Shown here: one piece after another, positions 1 to 13,195 of the stretch
How positions within the stretch are numbered: position 1 is the first letter of the stretch
Layout: every line of letters begins with the position of its first letter
Assembly (NCBI RefSeq): GCF_006345805.1
Contig: NC_043001.1
Location: forward strand, 80,662,001 to 80,726,000
Source of the DNA: Octopus sinensis
Taxonomy: Eukaryota
Reading direction: 5' to 3'
DNA length: 64,000 nucleotides
Position numbers and translations under genes: made by a program
Notes under the pieces: generated by a model
What the model saw: the letters and a program-made list of their open reading frames with translations, nothing else
Databases searched by the model: none
What the model was told of the DNA's origin: nothing

Positions 1-627
1 GCATGTATGTACACACTTATGCATATATGCGTGAATGCATGTATGCATGTATGTATGTATGTATGCGCACATATAAAGATTTATATATCGCCTGACGTTC
101 ACAATTTCGTTTGCCTGTTGGAAGCTCTCATGTAAGGCAACAGAAGGGGAAAAGCATAAACCTCTCAACTTCTACATCTCTCCAAACTGCTACTAAACCA
201 CCCAACAACTTCCATTAAGTAAGAACTTAACTACCATTCTCATATATAACACAGAGAAATAAAATCCACCAAAGGAATTATGTTAGCCTGCTAGAAATAA
301 CAACCCATTCTCTTAAGTCATATGATTTATAAAAAGAGAACATATTGGTTAATTAAATGTTACGTAAATTGTATCTGATGAAATACTATAGCTACCGAAG
401 AGGTGATTTGCACAATTATATAACGTTTCAACGGTTATTATGCAATTATGACGCAATTCGTTGAAATGCAAGTATGTCCTATAAAGCACTGAATACCATG
501 CTTGTTTTCTAGTAGTGCAATTTCTAAATATCCCGGGACATAGCTGACTAGAAGCTAAAGAACAACAGATCGCCACTGTAAGAGGAATCTGCACAGCTTG
601 TCGGGAGAATTAATATTAAATTGGTGG

Positions 628-1066
628 AAGGTGGTGAACTGACGCAATTGTTAGCACGTCGAGCGTAATGTTTGGTGGTATTTCGTCCGTCTTTACGTTC
701 TAAGTTCAAATTCCGCCGAGGTCGACTGAGCCTTTCATCCTTTCGGAGTCAATAAACTAAGTACCTGTTGAATACTGGGGTCGATGTCATTAAGTTACCC
801 CCTCCCCAAAATTGGTGGCCTTGTGCCAAAATTTGAAACCAGTATTAACTTGGTAGAAGGCGGTGAACTGATTGAATCGTTAGCACGCCGGGGAAAATGC
901 TTAGCGACATTTCGTCCGTCTTTAAGTTCTGAGTTTAAATTGCGCTGAGATCGACTTTGTCTCTTATCTTTTCGGTGTCTATAAAATAAGAACCGGTTCA
1001 ACACTAGTGTCAATGGGATCGACTTATCCCCTTCCCCTAAATTGCTGGCCTTGTAACAAAATTAGA
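628..1066 (+). mobile_element. Two head-to-tail tRNA-derived SINEs (family A, Meta-like central domain)
   Basis: Two diverged copies of the ggcggtgagctggcagaa...gagttcaaattccgccgaggtcgactttgcctttcatcctttcgggg consensus, with a tRNA B-box-like GAGTTCAAAT. Confidence 0.8.
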
Positions 1067-1099
1067 AATTAATATTAACTTGGTGGCGAGAGGAGCAGA

Positions 1100-1680
1100 G
1101 ATGAGTGAGTGTTCAGTGTTGAAGTGACATGAAACCAACAAGACCCGAAGAGATACAATGGCCGATGTCGTCGCAGTAGAAAAGACAGAATAAGGAAGCG
1201 TAATATATTCAAGATAGAGAGTCTAGTGTAATGGTCGGCAATATTATGCTCGTCAATCGAGTGAGATTTCGTTTGTTTGGATGAGAACTTGGATGTATGA
1301 GTGTGTTGCAGCAACCCCGTCTACATTGTAGGAGTTGTATTTCATTTTGGATTCTTTTTCATATTTGCCAGGGGTTGGTGTTTCTGGCGATCTTTGGTTC
1401 TTGCCACGTGATGCTGATGTTTATCAAAAAGTGAAGGACAATGTTTTCTTGAATTGTGTAGTGGTTATTATGACTGTCTTACGGAAAGCGGCAAGATTGT
1501 CACGACGCCATTATGGGATATGTTAACGATTTCTTTTCAAAGAATCAGTGCTGTTGTGGCTTGAGGCGTCTAAAGTGCATGTGGATAAGGCTGTAGCGCA
1601 AACGTTGAAAGAAGAATAAAAGGTTGTACCGTTTGCAGAGAATGAAATGTTGTCGATGGTGGTGGACAAAGAATCATGCA
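1100..1680 (-). pseudogene. Highly decayed RT fragment, possibly Penelope-like
   Basis: Minus-strand frames give NISFSANGTTFY and LIHPSSHPNKRN, which resemble the PLE thumb motif YLNFSSSHPKHTK seen at 6914-8185. Many stops. Confidence 0.35.
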
Positions 1681-1820
1681 CACCTATATGTGTGTGTCTC
1701 TGTATGTGTGCTTGTGCGTGCGTGAGAGTGTGTATGTGTGTGTTAATACACACATATAAACACATGTACCATCATATATACACTTTCTGTCCTCTTTTCG
1801 CATCCCATTAACTCCGTTCT

Positions 1821-1912
<92 letters not shown>
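1821..1912 (+). repeat. (GATA)n microsatellite
   Basis: Direct reading. Confidence 0.97.
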
Positions 1913-1915
<3 letters not shown>

Positions 1916-2106
1916 AGAAGCACAAAGATATGTATGTGTATAATATAGGGATAGGTTAGAATTGTTAACATGCTAATGAATCCTGCCATTAAAAACCACA
2001 GTTACTGTGGTTATATATATATATATAATAACAATTTAACAAATAAAACATATGCATACATACATACATATATGTACATACCTACATCTATATGTATATA
2101 TTCATG

Positions 2107-2166
<60 letters not shown>

Positions 2167-2844
2167 TATATATGAGTACATGACACCACAAATAAACATA
2201 GAACACAACGAGAAACGAAAACATAAAAACAAACAAGGAAACGGACTTTTTTTAACAACGAAAAAACAGACTACAAGACAAACAATACAAGGAATATTCC
2301 CCTTCATCAGCTGCCTCTGGTTCGACTCAATGCGTGTTTCGAAGGTAAGGGCAGAACACGATCCGGCCGAAGCAGTCCTTCCTGCAAAATGAATTAAATG
2401 AAATTCTTTTGCAGAGGGGTAAAAAAAGAAAAAAAGTGACAAGAACAGGACGTAAAAGCAATACAAATAAAAATACAGTACACATAAAGAATAAAAACAG
2501 GACAAGGAAACCAGCATTGAGGGCTTTTTTAAGCCTAGACGGTGGAAAAATTCGTTGGAACGCGGTTCAGAAGATCGACTTGCTAGAGAGAGAAGAAGTC
2601 GATGTTCACTTGTTGAAATCTGCGAGCGAAAGAAAGTTTAGTAGTCCGGCCAGCGGCCAGAGAGAGGAGGAGGGAGAGAGAGAAGAGGGGTGAGAGAGAG
2701 AGATAGAGAGGAAAAGAAACCAGAAAGGGTGAAAAATAAGGAGAGAGACAGGTAGAGAGGAAGACAGACAGGCAGGAAGGAAAGGTCAAGTAAAGGGTTA
2801 AAGAGTGCGCGTCATAATTATTAATAAAAACTTACTTGGAGGAT

Positions 2845-3049
2845 AAGACTGTGGCCAACCTGGGGCACGGTCTTGAAGAATTTTTAGTCGAACGAATCAA
2901 ATCCATACTTTTTCTTTTAGTCTTGTAGTTATTCTACTTATTCTACTTATTGCCGAATCGCTCCGTAACGGGGACATAAACAAAGCAACACCGGTAATCA
3001 ACTGGTGGTGAGGAGTAAACGTAGGCACAAGAGTCACTCACCTGCATAC

Positions 3050-3085
<36 letters not shown>

Positions 3086-3235
3086 CGGGTTTCTTTGAGT
3101 CTGCGTCTACCAAATTCACTTACAAATCTTTGGTCGGCCCAAGTATATAGTAAAAGACACTTACCCAAGGTGTCACGCAAACGGACTGAACCATGTGGTT
3201 AGGAAGTAAACCTGTTACAATACAGCCACGCCTGC
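2845..3235 (-). mobile_element. tRNA-derived CORE-type SINE (family B, octopus OR/OK-like), degraded
   Basis: Reverse of the ggctgtgtggtaag...ccttgggcaagtgtcttctactat...cagcatggccgcagtc consensus, with an internal (CA)n tract. Confidence 0.75.
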
Positions 3236-3298
3236 ATATTGATATGCGTTATATCATATTACATACATACGTCCCACTGTCCTCTTATTTGTCTATAC

Positions 3299-3809
3299 CA
3301 GGTGTCACCAAACTTTTTTCACGGCGGGCCAGATAACTGAGAGAAAGACAAACGCGAGCCGCATAACCATTTTGCTTAATACAATACAGTGGATACACAA
3401 AAAATAAAGACAACCAACGTATTTACTCACTAGAAGTCATCAAAGAAAGCGACGTTAGCAATAAGATAGTTATATTGAATCCCAGTGCACACATATACAA
3501 ATCTCACAAACTAAACAGCAAAAGAGGTTAGTGATATTTGTGAAAATGGTGTTTAGTTTTTAAGATATCATCAAAAATTGCCCTGGAATTGCTGCATCCA
3601 ACCAAGAGAATTGCTTTCAAATGTTTATCAGTCAAACTCGTTCGATGTGTTGATTTCACATACTTTAGTTTTGTAAACGTTTGCTCACAGACATAAGTTG
3701 TTTCAAACACTGATGCCATACCAGTGGCAAATGAACTCTGCACAAAAGGTACGGTGCGGCGGCAGACAGAATGAACTGACCTCGCAGGCCGTAGTTTGGT
3801 GCCCTCCTG
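3299..3809 (-). mobile_element. hAT (Charlie/Buster-like) internal-deletion derivative
   Basis: TIRs CAGGTGTCACCAAACT / AGTTTGGTGCCCTCCTG; left TSD GTCTATAC, right GTCGATA(TAC). ORF 3528-3743 (TTYVCEQTFTKLKYVKSTHRTSLTDKHL) matches the hAT C-terminal dimerisation domain. Confidence 0.85.
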
Positions 3810-3818
3810 GTCGATATA

Positions 3819-4762
3819 CCGTAAATTCTCGAGTATAGTCCGCCCTTGAGTATAATACGCAGGGGATTTTTAGGGGGCTGTACTTCTAAAAAACCTAAAC
3901 CTTGTGTACCATACGCACCCCTTCTCTAACTTGAGTCAAGAAGGTGTATAAAACGTCCTTGGCTTGTAAAATGTATACGGTAACGTCCTTTATTATTATT
4001 GTATATATAACAATGCAAACATATAGCTTTTTCGTGCATTTTGTTTGGAGAAAATAAAGAAATAACAATGATAACGTCAGTGAAAAATAAAAATATTAAG
4101 TAAATTGCCTTTACATATTTATTACGATCAGTTACAAAAGCAAAAGCAAAAACATTTATTCAAATCCTTCAAATTCAACGTCACTTTCAGCATCAAATAA
4201 CTGTTCCATTTGTTCCTCCGTGAACATGTTAGCATCATTGTAGTGTAAATCTCCGTCATCGTCAGATTCATAGTCAACATCGGAAGATTCACTTTCATTT
4301 ATTTCATCTTTCCATACAACGTCATCCTGAGTACCATCCAGTGCAGACAATATACAACATTTGATAAAACTTTTCACAATAATCTGGGGATCAATTTCTT
4401 TCCATGCATACACGATCCATTTGCATATCAAAGTCAGGTCGGGAGCGCGAAATATGTTTGTAAATATGCTTGCAAATTGTTTTCGTTGCATGTTATTCTG
4501 TGTTCTGAATACTTTTATTTTAATAAATGTTGCTTACTGCAAGTTATGGATTATTCTTTTATGACTTTATTGCTTTCAGTCTTAGCTTAAGGTATTTTCG
4601 TGTCCGACATCACAAAATGCGTCTGAATAAACATTGCCGGACAGCAAATAGAGACTCGGACATTCCTTAGCAAATATTTTTCATTTTTAATCTAGTACGC
4701 ACTAGGGATTTTGACCTTTAAATTTTGGGGGAAAAATGCGGATTATACACCAGGATTTACAT
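3819..4762 (-). mobile_element. pogo/Tigger-type non-autonomous DNA transposon
   Basis: Left end TA|CCGTAAATTCTCGAGTATAGTCCGC; degenerate inverted copy near 4738-4762. ORF 4156-4491 (WIVYAWKEI...KSFIKCCILSALDGTQDD plus an acidic tail) matches the pogo transposase C-terminus. Confidence 0.8.
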
Positions 4763-4765
4763 AGA

Positions 4766-4816
<51 letters not shown>

Positions 4817-5042
4817 TATGTGTGTGTGTATTATGTGTAAGATAAAAGAGATGACAAAACAATACACGATTATCTTATGAACAGCTGTGTTCGCTATCAG
4901 ATGCAGGGGACTCATATCTGAGTGCCCGAGTAATATGTACGTATGTATATATGAATATATGTGTGTGTGTGTGTGTGTATGTAAATGTGCGTAGTTAAAG
5001 AAGAATATGTGAATGCATGTACACGCAGACACACATACACAT

Positions 5043-5082
<40 letters not shown>

Positions 5083-6160
5083 GACGGGCTTCTTTCAGTT
5101 TCCACCTACTTTTTATCTTTTACTTGTTTCCGTCTTTGGACTGCGGCCATGCTGGGGCACCGCTTTGAATATTTTGCTCAAGTAAATCGGCTCCTGTCTT
5201 TTACTTATTCTATCAGACATTTTTACTGAACTGCTATGTTATGGGGAAGTAAACAAGCAAACACCGGTCATTAGGCTGAAACGGAAGACAAACATTTGCA
5301 CAGGGACGTGCGTGCACGCACTCACACACATCCTATATATATATATATAGTTGATAAAAGAAACGGAAGATAGATTTAATAGGAATCTTTTTTCAACACA
5401 ACACTCGTTTCGACGCGTCTTGCATTTAACCCATAGGGATAAGACATCGTGCATCTAGTTGTGTTGCATCGATCAGAGCAAGCAGTGTCACTTCTGGTGT
5501 TTGGTGTTGAAAAAGATATAGTGAGTTATCCTTGGCATATTGTTCTGGTTTGTTGTATATTGGTACACACACAAAGAGTAGGATAAGTTTGGGGTTGTAC
5601 TGGCGAATAGGGCTGGCTGCAGTTGACCATGAATATATTACATAAATTTAGATCATAATTGATAGAGAATAAAATCTGTCGAAGAAAGTTAAGGTTAAGA
5701 AGGATGGGTATAGACTCATGATCATGAACACATATATAGACGTGGATGTCCTCATTTCGAACATTCAACGACAATAGGAGTCTCAAAGACAGTTGCTCCC
5801 ATACATTCCAAAATAAAATTTTGGATTTACGGAGTGTCAAAGTTGGGAGCAAAAACAGAACAGTGGAGACATACAAAGAAACCGAACGAAAATAAACATG
5901 GAGAGTCGTTAAACAGTTGGTGATGTCCTGTACCCGTATATGCGCATGTAATATATATGTATATATATTATTTATATTATTTAATTGAACACCATTTCCA
6001 AGTAATTCTATCTTAACCTTTTGGATGTGATTCTACTCTTTACTGTTTTCTTCCACCATCCTTCTCTAATTCCCTTTTCTTCCTCTTCACCTTTTCCTAT
6101 CTATCTCTCTCCTCTCTTTCTCTTTTTGCTCTCTTATTGCACACACGTGATCATCATCCA

Positions 6161-6237
6161 TCTTTTCCTCACGTGACCATCTTTCTTTTCCTCACGTGAC
6201 CATCTTTCTTTTCCTCACGTGACCATCTTTCTTTTCC
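6161..6237 (+). repeat. 23-bp tandem repeat (~3.3 copies) containing TCACGTGAC
   Basis: tcttttcctcacgtgaccatctt repeated. Confidence 0.95.
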
Positions 6238-6519
6238 TACACGGACGTTCAAAGGACTGGACGTTTGCTTTCTCTCTTCTATCTTTTCTCTTTCCCAAAA
6301 AGATATTTCTTCTAGCGTTTACTATTTTCCTCTCGTCCTGCTCTAACGACCCTCCATGTTTGTTTTCGTTAACCCCACTGTCCCTCCTAACAACCCCACA
6401 CACACCTCCCTAATCCCTCCCCCTCAGACCTCCACCAGCCCCACCACCCTCCTACTCTTACTCCCATTCCACCCACCCCTTCTCCACTTTCGTCTGTTGT
6501 TACCATTGCCCCTGATCTT

Positions 6520-8590
6520 CCCCTCTCTGCGGCGGAGCGCTCCGTCCTCGGTAGGGGTCCAGACGCGTGCTGATGTCCACAGCTTTGTGCGCCGCGTCAG
6601 GTTGGGTGCGTTTTTCCGCGACTCACCACCCGCATCCAACGATGAGGACTGCTTCACTGACCTGGGCCGCCGACCATCCCTGTGGACGCCTGCCCCCGGC
6701 CAGTTCCTAGCAGTGGGTCTTTTCGCGGGCGCCTGTCAGCGTGCGTTGGAGCGGTTCAACTTCTCCAGGAGCCACCGCCGCATCAACATCTCCCCGGCCG
6801 AGCTCTCGGCTCTTCGTTCCCTCCAACAAAGGTGGAGCTGTGGTGGTGTGGCGCGCGGACCTCTACAGGGCCGAGGCGCTCCGCCAACTCAATGACACCT
6901 CCTTCTACTCCCTTTGTCCTCTAACCCCACGCGTAGCTACCAACATACGGTATTCTCTACTGTCCACGACCTCATCTCGTCCTCCCGTCTCCCCCACACC
7001 GCATCCAACCTCATTGTGCGAACCCCACGCACCCCCACCATTTACCTCCTCCACAAAATCCACAAACCTAACAACCCTGGCCGCCCCATCATCTCCACAT
7101 GTAACTGCCCCACGGAGCTCATCTCAAAATACTTCGACCGTGTCCTTGCCCCCCTAGTGGAATCTCTTCTCTCCAACATCCACGACACCAACCATGCTCT
7201 CCGGCTTTTCAACTCTTTCTCCTTTCCTCCCGGCTCCTCCAAAATACTTTTTACAATGGACATCCAAAGCCTCTATGCCGTCATCCCTCACCACGAAGGA
7301 CTGCGGGCACTTCAACACTTTCTCGACCTCCGCCCCAACCCCGAACCCGACACCTCCACACTCATTCGTCTGGCCGAACTTGTCCTTTCTTTTAACTGCT
7401 TCTCGTTCGCGGGCGAGTTCTACCAACAGTTCTCGGGAGTGGCCATGGGAACGCGAATGGGCCCCAACTATGCGAACCTGTTCGTTGGCTATGTTGAGGC
7501 CCAAATATTCTCTAGTTTCACTGGTCCCACTCCCGAACTATACGGTCGTTACATTGAAGACATTATCGGTGCCACCTCACTCTCTCGTGAACATCTAGAT
7601 TCCTTCCTCTCTTTCGTTCAATCCTTCCATCCTGCCCTCCACTTCACCTCCACTATCTCCAACACCTCTGTCTCCTTCCTCGACATTTCGGTCAGCATTC
7701 ATCACTCCACTCTTACCACCTCCATTCACTACAAACACACAGACTCACACTCATACCTAAACTTCTCTTCCTCCCACCCCAAACACACCAAGCTTTCCAT
7801 CCCGTATTCCCAATTCCTCCGTCTACGCAGGCTCTGTAGTGACGACCATGACTTTGAGACTCAGTCTCAACTCATGGCTCGCCACTTCATCCAACGTGGA
7901 TACCCCCTCACCACTATCCACACCGCCCTTGCCAGAGCACGTTCCGTAGACCGTGCATCTGCTCTCTCCCCCCGAACCCGCCCTTTAGTCTCCCGCCTCC
8001 CATTTCCCTTCACTTACAACCCCACGACCCTACCTCTCCAACGCACCATTCTTCGAGCTTTCCGGCATCTCCAATCCGACCCGTCCACTTCACACCTCTT
8101 CCCAAACCGACCCCTCCCCTCCTTCAAACGAGCCCATAACCAACGAGACCTCTTGGTCCACAGCTCCTTCCCTGACCCTACCTAAACCTGGCCTCGTTCC
8201 CCTGCCCCGCCCACGTTGCTGCACTTGCCCTTACCTCTCCAACACCACCTCCACAACTGGCACCCATCATCGACCCTATCACATCATCACTCCTTCACCT
8301 GCACCTCCAGCAATATCATCTATTGCATCTCCTGCTCCTCTCTGCCATTCCCTGTACATCGGACAAACGGGACGCCGCTTGGCTGACCGGTTCGCGGAAC
8401 ACCTCCGTGACATCCGCCTTGCCAACGACACACCGGTCTCACGCCATTTCCGCTCCACCGGTCACTCCTTGCAACATCTGTCTGTGTTCGGATTGTCCTT
8501 GCACAGAGACCTTCCGGATTCCCGTTTGCGCCGTGAACAGAAATTAATCTTCTCTCTTCGCTCTTTCACGCCATTTGGTCTCAACTCTCC
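6520..8590 (+). pseudogene. PLE RT-GIY-YIG polyprotein, disrupted by frameshifts
   Basis: ORF pieces 6356-6895, 6741-7157, 6914-8185 and 8379 onward join into one PLE ORF; the catalytic YIDD appears as YIED. Confidence 0.9.
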
Positions 8591-9464
8591 CCCTTCTCAT
8601 CTAACCTCCCCCGACTCCTACTTCTCTTCAGTCCTTCATCTTTTCACCCTACTCTCTTTCCCTCTTCTTTCCTCTTTCCTCTTCCCTCTTCCCCTTCTCT
8701 CTTTCTCTCTGCTCCCTCACTCCCCTTCTCTCCCCTTCTTTCCCATCCCCCTCCTCTCCCCTCCTTTCCCATCCCCTCCTCTTCTCCTCTCCTTCCTTAT
8801 CCCCCTCTCCCCCTCTCCCCCTTCCTCTCCTCTCCTTCCTTCTTCCCCCTCCCTCTTTCCTCTCCTCTCCTTTCTTCTTTCCCCCTCACCCCCTCATCTC
8901 ATCTCTCCTCCCTCCTCCTCCCCTCTCCCCCTCATCTCCTCTCTCCCCTCTCCTTCCTCATCCCCTCTCCCCCTATCTCCTCTCTTCCCTCCTCCCTCCT
9001 CCCTCTCTCTTCTCTCCCCTTTCACTCTCCCCACAACCCCCACTCTACCCCAACCTGCAGCCGAACCCACACCCCTACCTCCCCCTTTCACTCACCCCAC
9101 AACCCCCACTTTACCCCAACCCCCAGCCGAACCCACAACCCATATGGGCTTTCCCCACCTCCCACCACACTACACTACACTACACCATACGACACTACAC
9201 TACACTACACCATACGACATTACACATCACATCATACATACACCCATCCAGACCTTTCATACGCACATACATACTCTCTCATACACACACGCACCCTTAT
9301 GTTGGGGTGAGGTCATTTGACCTTGTTATCTCCCCTTCTATCCCTCTTGCGTCTAACGTCTGATCTCTGACTTCTGGCCGAAATCAGACCGCCATGTTGA
9401 TTCGTTAGCTCCTGCACGCATCTTTTTTCTCTCCTTGTTTCTCTCCGTGTTTCTTTTCTGTGTA

Positions 9465-9502
9465 TCTTTCTGTTGAAGAGCGTAGGCTCGAAACGTAAAA
9501 GA
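9465..9502 (+). ncRNA. Minimal type I hammerhead ribozyme motif (core variant CUGUUGA) in PLE 3' repeat
   Basis: TCTTT-CTGTTGA-A-GAGC(GTAG)GCTC-GAAA-C-GTA-AAAGA: helix I, helix II and a palindromic ACGT helix III. Confidence 0.75.
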
Positions 9503-10008
9503 CTTGTTTTATTTCTATTTCTGAGCGCCATACTAATACAATTGTTTGTTTGTACTCCACCTGCCTTCGTCTTTTGTTAATTTTCGTAAAGCTTCCTGTT
9601 TTATATATACATATATATATATATAAATAATATATATATATTATTTAATTGAACACCACGCATCCATTTCCAAGTATGTGTGTGCGTATATATATATACA
9701 CACACATATAAGACGGGCTTCTTTCAATTTCCATCTCCCAAATCCACTCACAAGGCTAAGCTAACCCCGTGGCCATAGTAGAAGACACTTGCCAATGGTG
9801 ACATGCAGAAGGTCTGAACTCGTAACCTTGTGGTTTGGAAGCAAACATTTTACCACACATCCACGCCTGCACACACGCACACACACACAAACACACATAA
9901 TTACATCGATACACACATGTGCAGAGCGAGACACATTATTTGCGTGTAAGTGCGTGTATGTATGAATGTATGTGTATACGTATGTATATATTAGTGTAGT
10001 TGTCTGTA

Positions 10009-10055
<47 letters not shown>

Positions 10056-10389
10056 GTATGTGTGTTTGGCTACGTAATATTGCAGTACATCTGTATTGAC
10101 GTGTACGTAGTGTAGTGTAGCTGGGTGCTTGTGAGTCATAGTTAAGCCGATGAAATGCGTTCTCACGTGGATTATCCATGTAGTTCTATTGTTAGACATA
10201 AGCGAGAAGACGGGGAGTTAGGAACGATGTATGACACTGGCGATGTGGAAGGAGTTACGAGTTACACAAGTAAATATGTTGGTGATGGTGGAGGGGGGGG
10301 GGGTTAAGCGGGGTACGTTTGTGCGTGGATGCCGATGTATTTATACATGAGTATGTGATTTGTGCTTATGCAGACGCCTAACCTGCCGA

Positions 10390-10440
<51 letters not shown>

Positions 10441-11059
10441 GCACACAGACACAGGTGTATGTAACCATAAGTACGAATAGATACACGCACACATACACAC
10501 TTCTGCATATATTTATGCATATATACGTATACATGTGTGTGTGCATATGTATATATATATATATATATATACATATATATAGCTCCATACATACGCATTC
10601 GCAAAGATATATGTATCTATGAATTTATACTGGCGTACATTGACTATAATGTGTTATATGCGTGCGTGTGTGTATGTGTACATGAATGATATATTCTTGT
10701 ATATGTGTAATGAGATAAGTATATATATATATGTAAGTTTTATTAAATAGACTCAAGTATCGAGACTGGGTGTGTGTTTGTGGATGAACAGTACATATGT
10801 CTACCAGCGAAGCTTTTTGTAAACATACATCTAGCATCACTCTGTAAACATACCTTTGATTAAACAAGGAATTTCTCTTCAGAATAGACCAGAGAATAAC
10901 CCGACTAGTTTCGTCCCGTCACCGTTGGTTTATCAACACTGTCAATCCCAAGGGAGAGAAAGAAAGCAAGGAAGAGAAAGAGAGAGAGAGAGAGAGAGAG
11001 TAAACGAGAGACAGAAAAAAAAAGAGAGAGAGAAAAAGAGAGAGGAAAAAAGAGAGAGG

Positions 11060-11097
<38 letters not shown>

Positions 11098-11407
11098 CTT
11101 ATTAAAAGTTAAATCGACAAACAAGCCTCAATTTCGCTCACTTGCATTGCAGTACATTCGCTGGTAGCGTGTTTGTTAATTAGATAAAACATAACGTGAT
11201 ATGAGGATAAATTGCCAACAATTGTACGTTCTGTGCAGGTGTGTGTTTGTGAATAAATGTATGTATGGGACATTGCTTGACATAGCTTATTGCTTTATTG
11301 TTCGTTCGTCACTTTTAGTTGTTACGGTACGGTCAATTATTACCGTCCGGTTATCTGTTCACAAGTGTGTGTGTTTATGTGTTTATGTGTGTTTATGTGT
11401 ATGTGTG

Positions 11408-11448
<41 letters not shown>

Positions 11449-11589
11449 ATTCGCATGTCACTCTATCCATCTATACACGCACCTACACATGAAGTCATAC
11501 TCGTATGTACATTCAGTTACAAACGCGCATACAAATATAGACACAAACATATACGTATTTTTACACACGCATGTACGTGTGTGCCCGAG

Positions 11590-11648
<59 letters not shown>

Positions 11649-11650
11649 CA

Positions 11651-11880
11651 AAGGCGGTGAGCTGCCAGAAACGTTAGCACGCCGGGTGAAATGCGTAGCC
11701 GGATTTCGTCCGCCGTTACGTTCTGAGTTCAAATTCCGCCGAGGTCGACTTTACCTTTCATCCTTTCGGGGTCGATAAATAAAGTACCAGTTACGCACTG
11801 AGGTCGATGTAATCGACTTAATCCCTTTTTCTGTCCTTGTTTGTCCCCTCTATGTTTAGCCCTTTGTGGGCAGTAAAGAA
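11651..11880 (+). mobile_element. Full-length SINE family A
   Basis: Near-consensus copy from aaggcggtgagctg to gtaaagaaata. Confidence 0.9.
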
Positions 11881-12085
11881 ATATATATATATATATATAT
11901 ATATATGCATGTCATTGTTCACACGAAACAGTTCTCAAGATAAGAATATTACTTCATTCCTTCTGTTTATTTGTATTCAAGTTGAACATACATATTGAGT
12001 GTACTGGTGTTTATCTGCCTTTTTACTTGTATATATACATTTATAGAGAGTTAGGGACAGACAAACAGAAAGACAGGTAATTTGT

Positions 12086-12175
<90 letters not shown>

Positions 12176-12724
12176 TTTATAAAGACATAACATAACGTCA
12201 AACGATTACACAAATGTTTCAAAATCAATACGTATACCAATGATTTATTCTGAGAAAATAGTATAAAGTTTCATTGCGTCTTTTGTAGGGGATCAAGAAG
12301 TACAAGATTTAGGTTTAAAGCCTAAGAAAATGTTTTAAATTTTCAAGTGAGCTAATCTTATACTAATCCTGAGGCTTCGGGTCCTTAAAAAACATATGCA
12401 GTTCTATTCCATTTTTATCTGTAATTTGGGTGTTTAATGTTATTTAAAGCTAAGAAGCCATCGTCACGATACAAACCTCATGAAATAAGGAAATTCAGTT
12501 TTTAGTTGACGTATGATATAGAGCCTTATTAGATCTGTTACTTTAACCGAGTTACTAGAGCCCACGCTAACTTCAAAGGCCATACTACAGGGTTTTTTAG
12601 CCTACAGTCACAGATGACGCATACATACATGCGCGCATACTCGCACATACACACACACACACACGTGATTATGTATATGCAAACATAGCTGTATATAAAT
12701 GTATATATGAAAATAAATATATAC

Positions 12725-13195
<471 letters not shown>

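Larger units (their letters stand above)
6005..9600 (+). mobile_element. Near full-length Penelope-like element (Neptune-type), frameshifted
   Basis: RT motifs KIHKPNNPGRPII, GVAMGTRMGPNYANLF and YGRYIEDI; thumb YLNFSSSHPKHTK; a Cys-rich linker; GIY-YIG (NIIYCISC..LYIGQTGRRLADRFAEH). The 3' repeat carries an HHR and ends at (TA)n. Confidence 0.92.

Noticed and set aside
6161-6237. CRISPR-like array
   Set aside because: Repeats are contiguous with no spacers, and the context is eukaryotic.
8379-9320. 313-aa ORF
   Set aside because: Only the first ~70 aa are the GIY-YIG C-terminus; the rest translates CT-rich low-complexity DNA.
10870-10925. CGAAACTAGTC and CTGAAGAG half-motifs on the minus strand
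   Set aside because: Helix I and helix II cannot be formed.
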